Below, piece after piece: positions 63,063 to 64,000 of a stretch of DNA of 64,000 nucleotides. The position numbers and the translations under genes are program-made. Below the pieces are notes generated by a model. It searched no databases. It worked only from the letters and a program-made list of their open reading frames with translations, and was not told where the DNA came from. The DNA is from Monocercomonoides exilis PA203. Its lineage: Eukaryota; Protista; Preaxostyla. The stretch spans positions 744,001 to 808,000 of the forward strand of contig LSRY02000013.1 in assembly GCA_001643675.2 (NCBI GenBank). The letters are read 5' to 3'. Numbering within the stretch: position 1 is the first letter of the stretch; every line of letters starts with the position of its first letter.

Positions 63063-64000
63063 ATGACCAATGCATTACAGCGTAATCGCCCAATAGATTT
63101 GAGGCGCATTCACACAATCATTGACTTTAATCAAGATGAGGTTGACAACGAAATAAATATGATGAATATGATGTCGTTCCTTGATCGTCAGCCTTTTTAT
63201 TCTATGATGTCTGACAGGGTGAATAATGTATTATTTATTGGAGGGCTTTATGATTTCTTTCAGGTTGACTCCTGCTTCTTGAATGGAGGCTTTACAACAT
63301 GCCCAAACTTTCGCTTTTCAACTCCTCAACATGCTCTTTCTATATTGGAACGAGGTGACAGATATGATGTCATTATTAGTATGCATGCAACGAATGATGA
63401 AACAACATGGGATTTTGTTCGAAAAATGAAAAGTCGCCATCCAACAGGAACGATCTATCCAATTGTGTTTGAAGTTGACCAGCACTATCCAGTCTATGAC
63501 GATGACCTTCGCGTTCGTATTTTTATGTGGAATGGAAATCCTATGCTTTATCTAGCTTTAATTAAATTGGTTGAAGATAGAAAGAACATGAAGTGCGACG
63601 TTATGGACGGTGCATGTGGTATTATTTTGTATGTGGAAGACACATGCGCCTATTACTCTGAATATCTTCCCATGATTTATGGAGAAATCTTTCAGAGGAC
63701 CATGTCATTTACAGGTCGATCTGCAAAGCATGCAATCACAAGGAAGCGATCTCGACCAAAAATAGCGTTTTGCTCAAGCTTCGAAGAGGCAGTAAGGGTG
63801 ATCCAGAAATTTGATATGAAAGTTCAGGGAGTTATCTCAGACATTGAGTATCCACTGACAAACAGAAACGATGGGCCTACAAACAACTATCTAACTTACC
63901 TTCTTGACAACGGTTTCTACACAAAAGAGCAAGTGGAGAAATCAGCAGGCATAATTTTGCGTGACTTAACACCCAGAACGAAGTATTTGAGATGTGAGCC
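63063..64000 (+). CDS. Bacterial-type receiver-domain protein of the PEP-synthase/PPDK_N-associated family, 3'-truncated
   Basis: An open frame from ATG 63063 to the window end, absent from the ORF track: FYSMMSDRVNNVLFIGGLYDFF, IFMWNGNPMLYLALIKLVEDRKN, IILYVEDTCAYYSEYLPMIY, RKRSRPKIAFCSSFEEAV, GVISDIEYP. These match, from memory, the N-terminal half of Bacteroidota-type 'PEP/pyruvate-binding domain' proteins. Confidence 0.75.
   Translation, partial: MTNALQRNRPIDLRRIHTIIDFNQDEVDNEINMMNMMSFLDRQPFYSMMSDRVNNVLFIGGLYDFFQVDSCFLNGGFTTCPNFRFSTPQHALSILERGDRYDVIISMHATNDETTWDFVRKMKSRHPTGTIYPIVFEVDQHYPVYDDDLRVRIFMWNGNPMLYLALIKLVEDRKNMKCDVMDGACGIILYVEDTCAYYSEYLPMIYGEIFQRTMSFTGRSAKHAITRKRSRPKIAFCSSFEEAVRVIQKFDMKVQGVISDIEYPLTNRNDGPTNNYLTYLLDNGFYTKEQVEKSAGIILRDLTPRTKYLRCE

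Noticed and set aside
63220-63263. Possible GT-AG intron in the last gene
   Set aside because: It reads through in frame and encodes the conserved-looking VNNVLFIGGLYDFF motif.
1-64000. Non-standard genetic code (TAA/TAG = Gln), known in some oxymonads
   Set aside because: Conserved genes end at TAA/TAG at the expected positions (e.g. CUL4, IPO7) and long ORFs contain no internal TAR codons.

Overview
AT-rich, intron-rich eukaryotic DNA read with the standard genetic code. The gene content (an expanded 3-exon helical gene family, a giant beta-helix receptor-pseudokinase, Ser-rich inserts) suggests an oxymonad such as Monocercomonoides; this assignment is inference. Two tightly packed housekeeping blocks flank an accessory island of about 39 kb. 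The left block holds an ankyrin protein, importin-7/8, the meiotic gene HOP2, a GIGYF-like protein and cullin-4. The right block holds SNU114/EFTUD2 and, head-to-head with it, a bacterial-type receiver-domain / PEP-synthase-like gene that runs off the window and is absent from the ORF track. The island holds four apparently full copies and one decayed copy of a lineage-specific 3-exon family, with a gene-conversion-like tract. It also holds a decayed ~6 kb DIRS-type tyrosine-recombinase retrotransposon with ITRs and an internal complementary region, a 2584-aa transmembrane pseudokinase, a foldback MITE-like palindrome, and an apparently intact intron-containing pogo-like DD35D transposon with TIRs and a TA duplication. 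Exon boundaries were deduced by eye and family assignments come from remembered motifs, not database searches.
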